Assembly (NCBI GenBank): GCA_965153285.1
Contig: OZ229111.1
Source: Podarcis tiliguerta
Lineage: Eukaryota
Length of the DNA stretch: 64,000 nt
Reading direction: 5' to 3' (one strand)
Position 1 is the first letter of the stretch, and the number at the start of each line of letters is the position of its first letter. The notes under the pieces are model-generated. The model was not told where the DNA came from, made no database searches, and worked only from the letters and a program-made list of their open reading frames with translations. Made by a program: the position numbers and the translations under genes. Below, piece by piece: positions 48,471-62,043 of this stretch.

Positions 48471-50064
48471 AAAAGGGTGAGCTGATGACAGTCTCCTGCA
48501 CCACATCAGGTTTGACCCAAAACAACAAAGGGCTTATTCATTCATCCAGATCAACCACATCATCCATGACACTGTATTTCAGCACATCTCCACATGAAGA
48601 TATGTACTGAGATAATTATGGCAGGCATTTGAGATTGATGAGTATTCTTCCCTGTGTGGCCAGGATGAGAGGAACTGAATCCTGAATCTGAATCATGGTG
48701 AAGCGGAAGCCCTGAGGCTTCCTAAGTTCGTTAAATTGGCAAGTTCATTACCAATCCCTGGCAGGTAGGCCTGGGAGAGAACGCTGCCTGAAATCCCAGA
48801 GAGCTGCTGGCGGTCTATGTAGCCAATACTGAGTTAGCTGGACCAATTGTCTGACTCAGGGTAAGGCAGATTTCTATGTCCCAGGGTCTGAGCAGTCAGA
48901 ATAATTCTGCATCTAATGCAATTGCCTGTTGCACATAACTGGCAGGATTTGTAAGGCCTATTAGCAAGTCCAAGAGAAAGGTGAGGACCAAAAATGGTTC
49001 CACCAATCCACCTCTTTCCTTTGCACGTGTCAATCCAAATCCGAAGGCATCTCTAAACTGTTTTGATACTGGTTTAGCTGTCAGAGTCTCTCTGAAGCAA
49101 TCTGGGAATTGTAACTTTTGTCAAGATACTGAGAATTATTTGCTATAGATCTGTTGTTCATGGGGTCTTTGGCCAGTAGCCATGACAGCTAATGAATTCA
49201 AAAGTGACCTGATATTTATAGTGTAGACATGCATTTTGTCTCCCAACAGGTAGGTAACCTCACCTTTCACTCCTGCCAACAAGTGCATATGTTTGCCTGG
49301 GAAAACAAGGTTTTTAGCAGGGATTTAATCTGATAATTGCTTTACTGATAGCCACTAAAGTTATGCAAAACCTAGGAGGTGGTGGGAAGCAGATGCTGAG
49401 GGTGCTGTTTCAGTGTGACTCAGTAGTAGATTGATGGTATTTTCAACGTCTTTATAACATTGTTCTGCTGCCACTAAGAGTCATCTTCTGACACCTTGGC
49501 TGACATGCAATCCCGGCCTCCAGGAACTTTTCTTCTGTTTACTTTGGCATTGACAATCACTGCTGGGTATGTTGGTGAACCTGCTCTTGCAAAATCATGG
49601 CAAGTTGGATTTCACTGAAGAAAGCAGGCGATTGCATCAGGTCGTCTACTTCCAAGATGCGGTTTGCAATGAAAAACAACTGGATCAAATAGACAGAGAT
49701 TGCCAAGTTCTCTTCGCAACATTTGACAGCGAGCTTAAGGATGGGTTTATTTTTTCCTGTTACAAATACGTTTCCAGGCTGCTGCAGATATATTGTACAC
49801 TTTCCCCACCATGTCATTCCTGTCCTTATTCTGTTAGTTTCCTGGGATGAAATAAGCAGAAGTGCAACTACACCAAATAAGTTTCTAAATTCTAGTATGT
49901 ACATCCAGTGCAGCTAAACTGATTATCACCAAACATTAATGGTGTCTGAGTTTTTTGGTCCCCTTTGCTGTTGCTTATCCTTATCCTTCACCTTCATAAT
50001 CCTCAGCCTCATTTGCCTACACTTCAGTATGATTGGCTGGGATGCCCCATGCCATTTTAGGAGC

Positions 50065-50230
50065 ACCAGAAGCTACCTTATGCGGTGTCCATCTATCTCA
50101 GTATGGTCTACGCTGATAGGCAACAGCTCTCCAAGGTTTCAGATGGGACATTCCCAGTCCTGGAGATGGCAGGAATTGAACCTGGGAAATTCTGCATGCA
50201 AGGCAGATGCTCTAGCACTGAGCTGCGGTC
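50065..50230 (-). mobile_element. tRNA-derived SINE
   Basis: Same family as 45920-46095. Confidence 0.7.
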
Positions 50231-50468
50231 CTTCTTCCATGAGGTCATCACTTCAGATATAGTGTCATCTCGTTCAAGCTGGGCACCCTGGTAGAGCCCA
50301 CCATGACACCTGCCCTGTGCCCCCTTGATGTCCTTTTCCAGACAGGCATCACAAGCAGTTCTCACTGCACTTTTAATTCCATGCCCCTGAAGTATCATTA
50401 CTTGGGGACATGGTGGGGAATGAAAACAGTGGCCCTATGTCACCTGGTCCCACTGCCATGTAAGCCCA

Positions 50469-50570
50469 CATAAGAACATAGGAAGAACCTGCTGGATCAG
50501 GCCAATGGCCCATCTCCTCCAGCATCCTGTTCTCACAGTGGCCAACCAGATGCCTGTGGGAAACCAGCAG
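50469..50570 (-). mobile_element. CR1 3' end
   Basis: cataagaacataggaagaacctgctggatcaggccaatggcccatct... Confidence 0.75.
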
Positions 50571-50872
50571 GGAGGGCATATCCAGAGCAGAAGTCGTCCA
50601 CCAAAGACCTCAAGCCTAGAACTGGACTCGCATCAAGTCATTGACAAAAATCGCATAGAAGCTCTCTGGAGCACATGTTTTATATATGCATTTATGCACA
50701 TGGCAGGGAGCACACGTCCAAAGCCTGCTAACTCTGGCATGCTGAAAGCTACAAAAAATGACCGCAATAGAGTTTTCTGTCAAAATTGCTGTGCTTGTCT
50801 AAGAATTAACCTCATCATTCCAGCCCCCACCCTGCCTTCTCTCTTACATATGTTCTCCCTACACTCTTGCAG

Positions 50873-51148
50873 GCCTATATCCGTGTGATTGACATTAACC
50901 AGCATTCCCCCAAGTTCTTGGAGTATCAATATGAGGCTCACATTCCAGAAGACACGCCTCCCGGGACAGAAATTGCCTGGGTCCGTGCAACAGACAAGGA
51001 CCATGGGAAAGGACTGATCTACACCCTTCAGAGCAGCGTGGATCCCAGAAGCATGAAGCTTTTTCAGATGGACCCAAGCAGTGGCACACTCATGATGGCA
51101 GAAGCACTTGATTCGCAATCCATGTCACTGCACACCCTGACAGTCATG
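50873..51148 (+). CDS. FAT2: FAT2 coding exon 7 (276 nt)
   Basis: cttgcag|GCC TAT ATC ... GTC ATG|gtatgg; AYIRVIDINQHSPKF...HTLTVM; phase 0-0. Confidence 0.94.
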
Positions 51149-52243
51149 GTATGGGAGTCACAGGAAAGCAACTTGTATATTTATTTGATTTATATCCAAC
51201 TCTATCCCATGGGCTTGGAGTGCCTTACAGCAGTTTTTCTCAATTTCACTCAACGTGTACTTGTTGCCGTGCACAGCTAGGTATTGTGTCAGGGTACGAT
51301 GACCAAAACACAAAGATACTATTGTGGGTTAAGCAAGGCCATTATTTTATTGGCTACAGTCAATATATTGGGTTGGGATGGGGTAAGTATCTGTCTGCTG
51401 GGAAAAACAGCTCACCACCACCCTGAGGCTGAGGCCACCATGCAGCCCACCATGCCAAGGGCCACCGAGATGGCAACCTGGGGTATGTGCCAATATATGG
51501 CCATTGGCCATGGCCTCCCAAGCTAGGGTGAAGACCTTGAAGCACCATGCCCAATACCCCTTATGGTAGTCCCCCCCATAAGTTATGGATCCTCACCAAT
51601 GTCCTTCCCTGCCAAAAATGTGACAGTCAGGAATAGATAAACATACATTCTTGCTATGGGAAAGGCAATAACCTCACAGTCATGGGCCAACTGTGACCCT
51701 TTTAACCAGTGACCAAAGAACATCCTGAAACTGTAGGAGGAAGGGAGGGGAAGTTGGTGATGACACTGAGTACTGAAGCCACAGCCCAGGGCTCCTATTT
51801 ACATCCACCCCCAACAAGGCTTCCCTCTGGTCCACACCCAAGCCCTGCCCACCCCCTGAAGCCAAATGAAGGCTCTTATTGGCTCTTGAGGTTGAGCTGC
51901 AATTGAGATGTGGTGCAACAGCACCAACCAACTAGATGGCTGTGGTTGCCCCTGCCTTCCACCACGTAGGTGCACATAGAGCAGAACAGCAGTAAACTGG
52001 GAGTTGATGCACTTGCAGGGCAGGAGTCTTTTTCTGTTGCTGTTGCATGCAGTTACTCATTGGAGACTGAGATGTGGCTCACGGGTTCATCCAAATGAAT
52101 GAGAGTGGTTGCAATGCCAAGTCCATACTGTCCCTTTCCCCCAGGTCCATTTGGCATTCTGCAGCTGGGAAGTGTCACATTGCAATGAATGCCTTCTTTT
52201 CTCTAAGACTGACATTCACGCGTCCACCTGTTCTGCCACTTAG

Positions 52244-52454
52244 GTGCGAGACCAGGAAGTCCCGGTCAAGCGAGACTTTGCCAGAATTGTCATCCATGTA
52301 GAGGACTGCAACAGCCACCCTCCCCAGTTCTCCAGCCTCCATTACAAGGCGGACGTTCTGGATGCAGCCCCAATAGGCACAGAGGTTGTGCAAGTCCGAG
52401 CCCTGGATCAAGACCGAGGAGTGAATGCTGAAATCCACTACTGCCTTGAGGCAG
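52244..52454 (+). CDS. FAT2: FAT2 coding exon 8 (211 nt)
   Basis: acttag|GTG CGA GAC CAG ... GCA G|gtaagg; [27 protein letters not shown]; phase 0-1. Confidence 0.94.
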
Positions 52455-53017
52455 GTAAGGGACTTGAACATTTATAGCTGCCTATGAATGCAAATGTTTC
52501 CCTGAATACTGAGTGTAATTGCATGTGCTAGCTAAATATGGTTTTTCCCAATGTGCTATAAATGCAAGACTAATAGGAGCAAGAAAATTACATGAACTGG
52601 AGTGGACTGGCATATGAATGTGCTGGTTGACCTCTGTGAGAACAAAATGCTAGACTAGATGGACCTGGTTCTGCAGGACTCATGTCCTTTCTCAGCCGCT
52701 ATCCTTTCACTTTCCATCTTGTGTGCTGAGGACAGTGCCTCTGGGTTCCCCAAGTCTAACCACAGGCTCCAAATTCATTGACCATACTCCCATTGTATTA
52801 GTAGGCAGAACCAGCATCAAGTCAAGAGTCAGATGGTTGTGCATCTGCCAAGGGCACACACCACAGGTGGAAGCCCACCAACAAGACCTGCTCCTTCTCA
52901 TCACCTGCTTGTTTACCTGCCTCTCATTCAGACCTAAACTACAGGGATTGTAAGAAAGAGGAGTAGTAGGTGCCACTGCTTGCTTGCTCCTTGGCTCTCT
53001 GCCTGGTCAAGCAAAAA

Positions 53018-53073
53018 GAAGAAGAAGAAGAAGAAGAAGAAGAAGAAGAAGAAGAAGAAGAAGAAGAAGAAGA
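53018..53073 (+). repeat. (GAA)18 microsatellite
   Basis: Direct count of uninterrupted GAA units, 53018-53071. Confidence 0.95.
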
Positions 53074-54244
53074 CAAAAACGTGCACAGAAAGGCTGATTT
53101 GAAAATTCAGTTGATATGAATAATAGTGTATTCAGCATCAAGTGCTAATGAGCAAAAAAAAGGCACAGTAGCTAGCATAAAGCACCCGTTTCCAAATATA
53201 TCCTTCATCAGTGTACATATTGCTGTAAAGCCAAACACACAAAACAATAATTCATATCGGTTCAATATACCATGTATAAACATTTTAAAACCATAAGGCT
53301 ATGCTACTTTAAATATTCAATTCCATTAGTACAATAAATGTCCTATCAAAAATACTCCAAAAGCTACTATAGCCATAATTTAATCACTTAATGCACATAA
53401 ATAATTGTTGCTTACCAATCTTATGAGGCTTGTATGATTTGGAATTTTTTTTTAGCACTTGTTTGCTCAGCTATGCCAGCCAGCAAAGCACTATAGTTTA
53501 TTCATTCATTCATTCATTCATTCATTCTCCTGTCGCCCCCACCATGTGGACACATCATAAAATGTTCAGCAGGTCAGTATCACCTGCTCATTCTGGACAG
53601 AAGTGGCATCTAAAAATAAAAATGGGCCACCATTTTAGCCAACGTGTTGAACGAATCTGAGTTGCGATTCTTTTTCTATGAGCATTTTTCTTCTTTGAGT
53701 TCACAAACACACTTTGCTCCCTATCAGTTTTCACAGCCTTACATCTCCAAGCCAGCAGCTCCTAAGTGTAGCATGAAAGTCTGTTTAACGTTTTGAATTG
53801 ATCCGCGGCTAATACCGTTTCACATTTCTAAATCTCTTTAAACAAAGTGTAGCCTGCCAGGGAAGGCATTGTTTCCCATTATGCTCTCTTGAGTAGGGCT
53901 ATTTGTCCCTAAAGCTGCAATCCTTTTCCAGAAATAAGCACCACTGAAAAAGCAATGGCTTACTTCCAAATAAAGTAGATCAGAACTGGCTATTAAGCCT
54001 TTCATTTTAACTGTTAGAAAGGCTGTTTTATATATATACGTATATATATGGCACTGTCTTAACAGCACAAGTTCCAGGGGAAAATAATTGGGGGGCGGGT
54101 CCCATCAACAAGTGTTTTTAAGAGCAATTATCTCCTAATAAATGAGATGGGTACATGTTAGGTGGGTGATCAGATGGGTGACGAAAACCAATAAACACAA
54201 CAGCAATTTAAGCGTGGTTTTTCATTCATTCTTTCTTTTTTCAG

Positions 54245-57200
54245 GAAACAATGGAGACTTCTTTGCTATAGACAAGTTGTCTGGAATTATTACAGTGTCT
54301 CAGAAGCTGGATCAGACCAAGCAAGAGAGATTTGTTCTCACTGTAAAGGCAGAAGATCAAGGGTTTCCACAACTGAAGGACTCTGCTACCGTGAACATTT
54401 TTATGAAGCCCTCTGATGGCACACCTCCACAGTTTTCAGAGGAGGAGTATGTTATAGAGATCAGTGAATCCGCTGTTATTGGCTCTCCTGTCATCCTAGT
54501 TTCAGCCACGAGCCTTTCGTCTGTTACCTATGAAGTAAAAGAAGGAGATAAAGATGGCTTATTTTCCATCAACTATCAGTCTGGCCTTATTTCAACACAA
54601 AGGAATCTAGATTTTGAGCGGGCTTCATCTTATCAGCTGAAAATCCGTGGCACCAATATGGCAGGAGCATTTATGGATGTTCTGGTGTTTGTTTATGTCA
54701 TAGATGAGAATGACAATGTGCCTATCTTTTCTAAGCCTTCCTTTGTTGGCCGGATCAATGAGAACGTTCCATTGGGAAGTATGATTATGGATGAAAACAA
54801 TGCGCCGCTTGTGATTCATGCGTCAGATGCTGACCGAGATTCTAATGCCTTGTTGGTCTATGAAATTTTGCAGCCAGAGGCACTGAATTTTTTCAAAATT
54901 GATCCAAGCATGGGTACTCTTACTACTTGCGCAGAAATTGATTACGAGCGTGTCCCAGTTCATCACTTCAATGTCCATGTGCGTGACAGTGGGAAACCCA
55001 ATTTATTTGCTTCCAAACCCACTGAGGTCACCATTTACATCAAGGATGTTAATGATTGTCCTCCTGTGTTTACAAATGATATTTATGAACTTTCTGTAGG
55101 ACTTCCTGTCCATCACGGGATGGAGCTTTATACCATACATGCAGAAGATGTGGACTCAGAGATAGCCTACAGTATAGTAGGAGGGAATCCTAATCACGTT
55201 TTCTACATTCATCCAACAACTGGCCTCATCTCTGTGCTGAATGCTACCATCTTAGAACGCTATCATGAACTCACAGTTAGAGCTGGAGATGGTTTATATA
55301 CAGCTAGTGCTATGGTTATGATTCATTTTACTGAACCACAAGACAGTACCTTAAAATTTGATCAAGATTTATATACAGCAACAGTGAAGGAAAACACCAC
55401 AGATATCCAAACTCTGCTTGCTCTTGGTGTCATTGGGAATCAACTGAATGAACCCCTCTTCTACTCCATCATGAATGGCACAGAGAAGTTCAGGGTGATC
55501 CATTCTTCAGGAGTGCTACAGACCAAGGGCATAGAATTTGATCGGGAAACTCAAGACACTTATGATATTGCAGTGGAAGTAAAGGACATTAGAAATCCGC
55601 CAAGGGTGTCTCAAGCAATGCTCAAAATCTATGTGGACGACGTTAATGACAATGCACCCCATTTTGAAAATGTGCCATATTATATAGCTATGCAGGACGG
55701 CACTGAGCCAGGCGATGTCATCTTTCAGGTTTCTGCCACTGACTGGGATCTGGGGAATAATGGAGTCATTTTTTATTCCTTTGCAGAAGATTACAAGTAT
55801 TTCCGGATTGACCCTTACTTAGGGGACATCTCACTCAAGAAACCCCTTGATTTTCAAACTTTGAATAAATACATACTAAAAGTGATTGCCAGAGATGCCG
55901 GTGAACCTCCCTTGTATGCTGAAGAAGAGGTTCTGATCATGGTGAGGGACAAATCCAACCCTCTGTTCCAAAGCCTCTTCTATACTGTGAAAGTGCCTGA
56001 AAACATTCCACTCTACACGTCTATTCTCCACATCCAGGCTCGGAGCCCTGAAGGCTTGCGTTTAATATACAACATTGTGGAAGAAGGAGCTCTTAAACAT
56101 TTCAACATTGACTTCAAGACCGGTGTGCTTATGGTCACCAGCCAACTAGACTATGAATCTGACACAAAACATGCCTTTACAGTCAGAGCTACAGACACAG
56201 CAATGGGTGCCTTTTCAGAAGCAATGGTAGAAGTGGAGGTTGAGGACATCAATGACAATCCTCCTGAATTCTCTCAGGTGGTTTATACTGCGTCAGTCAC
56301 CGAAGGCCTGCCAGCTAAGACCCCCGTCATACAGCTCCTTGCTACTGACAGAGATTCAGGGAGGAACAAAGTGGTTTCATATCAGATATTGGAAGACCGT
56401 TCAGATGCGTCAAAGTTATTTAATGTTGATGCCAGCACAGGTGAAATAACAACAACTCAGGTTCTAGATTATGAAGCCAACCATGAATTTCGCATTAGAG
56501 TGAGAGCCACAGACCATGGAATGCCTCCTCTCAGCACTGAAGCCCTTGTGGTGATCAGTGTGTTAGACATCAATGACAACCCACCCAAGTTCAGTCAGCT
56601 TCACTATGAAGCCAATGTGAGTGAAATGGTCCCCTGTGGCCATGTTGTGATAAAAGTCCAGGCTTTTGACCCTGATAGCAGGGACACCCATAGATTGGAA
56701 TATCTAATCCTTTCAGGGAATGAGAAAAGGCATTTCACCATTGACAGCACTTCTGGAATCATTTCCACACTGAATCGTTGCAAAAGGGACCTGGAGTCTT
56801 TTTACAACCTCCGAGTCTCTGCATCAGATGGCGTGTTTAAAACCACAGTGCCAGTATACATCAATACCACAAATGTAAATAAATACAGTCCATCATTTCA
56901 GCAGGATGTATATGAAGCCGTTTTGGCTGAAAATGCCAAGGTTGGAACCAAAGTGATTGAATTGCTAGCCACTGACCCAGATGATGGCCCGTATGGCACC
57001 GTAGATTACACCATCATAAACAAGCTTGGCCAAGAGAAATTTGCAATAGATGACAAGGGACGCATTGAAACGCTGCAGAAGTTGGACAGAGAAAATTCCA
57101 CAGAGAGAGTTGTTGCTATTAAAATCATGGCCAAGGACGGGGGAGGAAAAGTGGCATTCTGTACTGTCAAAATCATACTTACAGATGAAAATGACAACCC

Positions 57201-58300
57201 GCCACAGTTCAAAGCTTCTGAATACATCTTGTCTATCCAGTCCAATGTGAGCAGAGGGTCACCAGTCATTCAAGTACTAGCTTATGACGCTGATGAAGGA
57301 GTGAATGCTGACGTCACCTACTCTGTTGATTCAGTGGAGGAGGTTATTGCAGAGGATGTGATTGAGATTAACACTGCAACTGGAGTTGTTCAAGTCAAAG
57401 AGAGTCTCCGCAGGCTAGAAAACAGGACAGTGAACTTCAAAATCAAAGCTGAAGATGCAGGACCTCCCAATTGGAATTCTGTTGTTCCAGTGAATCTTCA
57501 AGTTGTTCCAAAGGAGGTGTCCTTGCCAAGGTTTTCTGAGCCACTATACACCTTCTCAGCATCTGAAGACCTCCCGGAGGGATCTGAAATAGGATCAGTT
57601 AGTGCTGTGGCAGAGGACCCTGTCATCTATAGTTTGGTGAAAGGTACCACTGCTGAAAGCAACAAAGAGGGGATATTTGCTTTGGATAAACGAACAGGCA
57701 CCTTGACTATTGAGAAGGCAATGGATCATGAGAAGATGAAATGGTACCAGATTGATGTTTTGGCTCACTGCTCACACCAGGATACTGACTTGGTCTCTTT
57801 GGTGTCCATCAACATCCATGTAAAAGATGTCAATGACAACAAGCCTATTTTTGAGGCTGATCCTTACAGGGCCTTTGTAATGGAGAACATGCCACCAGGA
57901 ACTACTGTGATTCAGGTCACTGCCAATGATCAAGATACTGGAAGTGATGGGCAAGTGAGCTATAGCTTAGGATCTGAACCAAGCAACATCAGAGAGCTCT
58001 TCACCATTGACAGTGAAAGTGGTTGGATCATGACTCTTAAAGAGCTAGATTGTGAGGTTCAAGAAACCTACCAGTTTTTTGTTGTGGCGTCAGACCATGG
58101 TAGGAAACACCAGCTTTCTTCTCAAGCCCTTGTGGTGGTCACCATAACTGATGAAAATGACAATGCTCCACAGTTCACCTCTGAAATCTACAAAGGGTCC
58201 GTGGTTGAGAATGCTGAGCCTGGGCAAATGATCACCACACTTAGAACAGTAGACAATGATATTTCAGAGCAGAACAGACAAGTCACATGTTACATCACTG
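54245..58300 (+). CDS. FAT2: FAT2 coding exon 9 (giant 4,056-nt cadherin-repeat exon)
   Basis: ttttttcag|GA AAC AAT ... ATC ACT G|gtaaga; uninterrupted run of cadherin repeats; phase 1-1. A second giant exon is typical of FAT1/2/3. Confidence 0.95.
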
Positions 58301-59056
58301 GTAAGAACCTATCTCTTCTAACATTTTGATAAAATAGAATACAACTTGTTTTCTGGTAGGTTTGCTTGACTTTGAGAAGCACCTTATCCTACAATTAGTC
58401 TTGCTGAAATCTCTGCAGCTGATAATATCTGATGATAGCCTTTATTAACTAAGGACCGCGTAATGCAACATGTTTCAAATCAGGTGGTACTGTGGGGTGC
58501 AGGCATGAAAACTACATGCCAGCATTGCCTGGAAGGACAACCCTTTGAAATCAGAGAACTCAAAAGCAATCCCTGGCTCCTTCCTAAGCCACATTATGCT
58601 CCCCTTTCTCCTCCTCATGCTCTTCTGGGGGATTCCCTCAAGGTGTGGGAGGCGGTAACTGGAAAGCCCCATCGCAGAAGTGGGCTTCTGGTAGTCGAGC
58701 TCATTAGCTGAATCTTGCCCATATAGTCTTAATACAGCAGTTTTGATTCTGCTCAGAGTCAAGTACATAGATGCAGTCAGTGGGGCAGCATGTTCATTAT
58801 AACTAGGGCAAACAAATTTTCTTGACATCCCATACAGAGGAATGAGACTTAAGAGACACAGGATACAATCCTATACTTTGTTGGAGTAAGTCCCATTCAA
58901 CTTAATGGGGCTTACTTCTGAGTATGCATGCATAGGATGGCAATGTCAGGGTTCTTGTCTCCTTTCTTTACCTCTTCCCCTTAAACTCTTAGTTTTTTTG
59001 GTTTTTTGTTTTACTTTGTATTGTCTTCAATTATGATGCCTTCTCTGCCTTATCAG

Positions 59057-59253
59057 AAGGAGATATCTTGGGACAGTTCAGCGTTGCTGAGGTTGATGGA
59101 GAATGGAAGGTTTTTTCCAAGAAGCTTCTGAACAGGGAAGAAAGAGAAAAATATCTGCTCAAAGTCATGGTATCTGATGGAAAGTTTCAAGCAGCAACAG
59201 AAGTGGAGATTTCAGTCCTTGATGTCAATGATAACAGCCCTGAATGCAAGCAG
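59057..59253 (+). CDS. FAT2: FAT2 coding exon 10 (197 nt)
   Basis: ttatcag|AA GGA GAT ... AAG CAG|gtgatt; EGDILGQF...DVNDNSPECKQ; phase 1-0. Confidence 0.92.
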
Positions 59254-59290
59254 GTGATTGTGTATGTCTATAAAGTTGTGTCTCCTCATC

Positions 59291-59328
59291 CACACACACA
59301 CACACACACAAACACAAACACACACACA
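59291..59328. repeat. Imperfect (CA)n microsatellite
   Basis: Direct observation; 37 nt downstream of the exon 10 donor. Confidence 0.9.
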
Positions 59329-59744
59329 GAAAAACCACACACCACTAGCTGTGTGCCAATTTGGAATCAAAGCTGACCTGGAGAAGCCACCTTGTAAGGT
59401 GGGACAATCCCTTGAACAATTACATGTTGGCAGTGTTGAGTCATCCTATTCCTCTTGTTTTAGATGTACTATGACATGTGTTGTGATTCTGTTGCCTTGT
59501 ACCTGATTGGGAGCGAAGGAGGAGGCAATATAAAAGAGTTCAAGGTGGAGAAGATGGAGAATAGCAAAACAGAGCAGAATTGCACTCTTTGTACAAACTA
59601 TGGCCTCTTTATATTTTTGATGGTTCTGGATATCAAAATGGTAGCTGCGAAGTGTAAGGAATCATAAATGCATGGAATTGCACTCTCATAGAAAACTTGC
59701 CCCAGAGAAAAACTAGATTAAAAGTGATCAGATATGATTTAGGT

Positions 59745-59880
59745 CAGGCATCCCCAAACCCGGCCCTCCAGATGTTTTGGGACTACAATTCCCATCACCC
59801 CTAGCTAACAGGACCAGTGGCCAGGGATGATTGGAATTGTAGTCCCAAAACATCTGGAGGGTCGAGTTTGGGGGTGCCTG
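59745..59880. mobile_element. hAT MITE
   Basis: TIRs caggcatccccaaac / gtttgggggtgcctg; 8-bp TSD atttaggt / attaaggt (7/8). Confidence 0.87.
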
Positions 59881-59977
59881 ATTAAGGTCCTTTATGAGTA
59901 TTAGAAGATGAGGATTCACTGGCCTTATTTAACTAACAGTTGAAGGAGTGGTCTGCGGGGAGGTATGCCATCATACA

Positions 59978-60208
59978 CAGTGGTACCTCAGGTTACAGAT
60001 GTTTCAGGTTACAGACGCTTCAGGTTACAGACTCCGCTAACCCAGAAATAGTACCTCGGGTTAAGAACTTTGCTTCAGGATGAGAACAGAAATTGCACGA
60101 CAGCAGCGGGAGGCCCCATTAGCTAAAGTGGTGCTTCAGGTTAAGAACAGTTTCAGGCTAAGAACAGACCTCCAGAATGAATTAAGTTCTTAACCCGAGG
60201 TACCACTG
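59978..60208. mobile_element. Tigger-like MITE (opposite orientation to 397-647)
   Basis: cagtggtacctcaggttac ... aacccgaggtaccactg|TA. Confidence 0.87.
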
Positions 60209-60837
60209 TACCTGGCCTTTCAGCAGCAGTGCCAGTACCACTTACCAGGAGGAAGAGAGGGAAGGGTGACATTGTGGTAGGGTGGCACTGCATGGGTGCA
60301 CAATCCAGTGCTCCTTCCACTGCGTCTGCACAGCACATATCTCCCTGCTGCACTGCCCTCTTGCAGTGACACCGCAACTGGGAGGCTAGGTACTCCTGAG
60401 CAGCTATGCGCCTTGGAATTCTGTAACTGTTTCCCCTTTCTTACTCTGCCTAGGACACACAATGTGGTAAGGATGGCAGAGGCTGTTCTTTGGCTGTTTG
60501 TATTTATACCCTATATGTAGCTCATTCTTCTTTTAGAAAGCTTGAAGTATCTTTCTTTAGGATTCCAGTGGTCTTCTTCTCTCTAGGTCCGGATTTCGTT
60601 AGCTTCACCATTTGCTATAACAAAGTCAACCAGGCCAATACAGATGCCTGTGGGTGCATAGCCTTGACTTTAGGCATCAGGGTTGAACTAGATAGGTTCA
60701 GCTAATGCAAGAAATGACCATTCCATCACTATTCTGAATCCCAGCATCTGTTAATGGAGTGGACCACTTCTTCAAGGCATTTCACTTGGAATGAAGTCAG
60801 TCTTTTCACTTGAAAACATCCTTTCTTTTCATTCCAG

Positions 60838-60991
60838 ACACCGTATGAAGAGAGAGTTTCAGAAGATGCACCTCAAGGGTTTTCTATTTTGAAAGTGTCA
60901 GCCACAGATGTTGATGTTGGTAGCAATGGCCAAATTACCTATAGTCTCCATGGATCTGGTGCTGATGAGTTCAGATTAGACCCCCATACAG
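60838..60991 (+). CDS. FAT2: FAT2 coding exon 11 (154 nt)
   Basis: attccag|ACA CCG TAT ... ACA G|gtaaga; [37 protein letters not shown]; phase 0-1. Read by eye; absent from the + strand ORF track. Confidence 0.93.
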
Positions 60992-61809
60992 GTAAGATGG
61001 GCATCTTCCCCAACCCTCCAGCGTATCGCTGACTCTCATTCCCACTCTTTGAGCATACATTAGAGATCAGAATATTGTCCCTGTGTGCTAGCCTTCCCCA
61101 ACATGGCTCCCTTCTGATGTTTTGGACTTCAACTCCCATCAGCCCCAGTCAGCATGTGTTGTGGAGCAGCACGTGGGTATAGCCTGTCAAGAAAATACAA
61201 TTGGTATTCATTCACAATTTTTTTGGAACACCTTTAAGCCCACAAACCATGCCTAATTAATTACTTTTTAATGTTGTGTTTATACCACAATAAATTTAAG
61301 TTACATAAGGGCAGTTGATGTTATATAAATAATTGTGCTGATCTTGTTCATGAGCAGACAGTGGGATAAATAATGTAGTATTTGTTGAAAACCGAATTGC
61401 AAAAGAATAGAAACAGCGCTGATGGTGAAGAATACACATCAGAATGGAAATTGTTGCCATCTGATATCCCTGGCCTGGATTTATATTATTTTCAGAATAT
61501 TCCCACATGGTATGAGCTCTTGAAGAAGGTGATTTTTCAGTAGTATAATATCTAGTAAGGTCTATTTCTAAAGAGACTGGTACATGCTGTCCATAATTCT
61601 CTGCACCAGTCCAAGAGAGAACAGCATACTCAGGCAACTCTGCAGAGCAGAGAAGGCTATCGGCTATTAAATATGAGTTCCAAAGCCTGGAGCCATTTTT
61701 TTTTTAATGTTTAGGTAAGCATGCATGTTTTATCAATTTAAAAGCCCAGGATGCCATGGAACCTGCCCCGTATTTATGTCTTTATTCATTCTGATCATTC
61801 CCACGCCAG

Positions 61810-62043
61810 GGGAGCTGACCACTTCTTCATTACTTGACCGGGAGCTGAAGCCCAAGTACCAGCTTGTTGCCAAGGCAACAGATGGAGGAGGACGTTTTTG
61901 CCAGGTGGGCATAACTGTGGACCTAGAGGATACAAACGACAATGCTCCCAGGTTCTTTCCCAGTCATTGTGCAGTAGCTGTCTTTGATAACACCACAGTA
62001 AAGACTCCCGTGGCAGTTGTCTCCGCAAGGGACCCTGATGAAG
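61810..62043 (+). CDS. FAT2: FAT2 coding exon 12 (234 nt)
   Basis: cgccag|GG GAG CTG ... GAA G|gtgaga; [17 protein letters not shown]...DTNDNAP...RDPDEG; phase 1-1. Confidence 0.93.

Noticed and set aside
49234-49258. Recursive-splice-like ttttgtctcccaacag|GTAGGT
   Set aside because: The host intron is only ~3.1 kb; recursive splicing is a feature of very long introns, and there is no other support.
49557-49904. Overlapping 93-aa (+) and 115-aa (-) ORFs as a nested gene
   Set aside because: No recognisable domain, no convincing splice context, and lengths are within chance expectation.
54142-54244. ORF-track N-terminal extension (MRWVHVRW...) of the 1395-aa ORF as an independent gene start
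   Set aside because: It is intron read-in: a strong pyrimidine tract and acceptor lie at 54244, and the phase matches exon 8.
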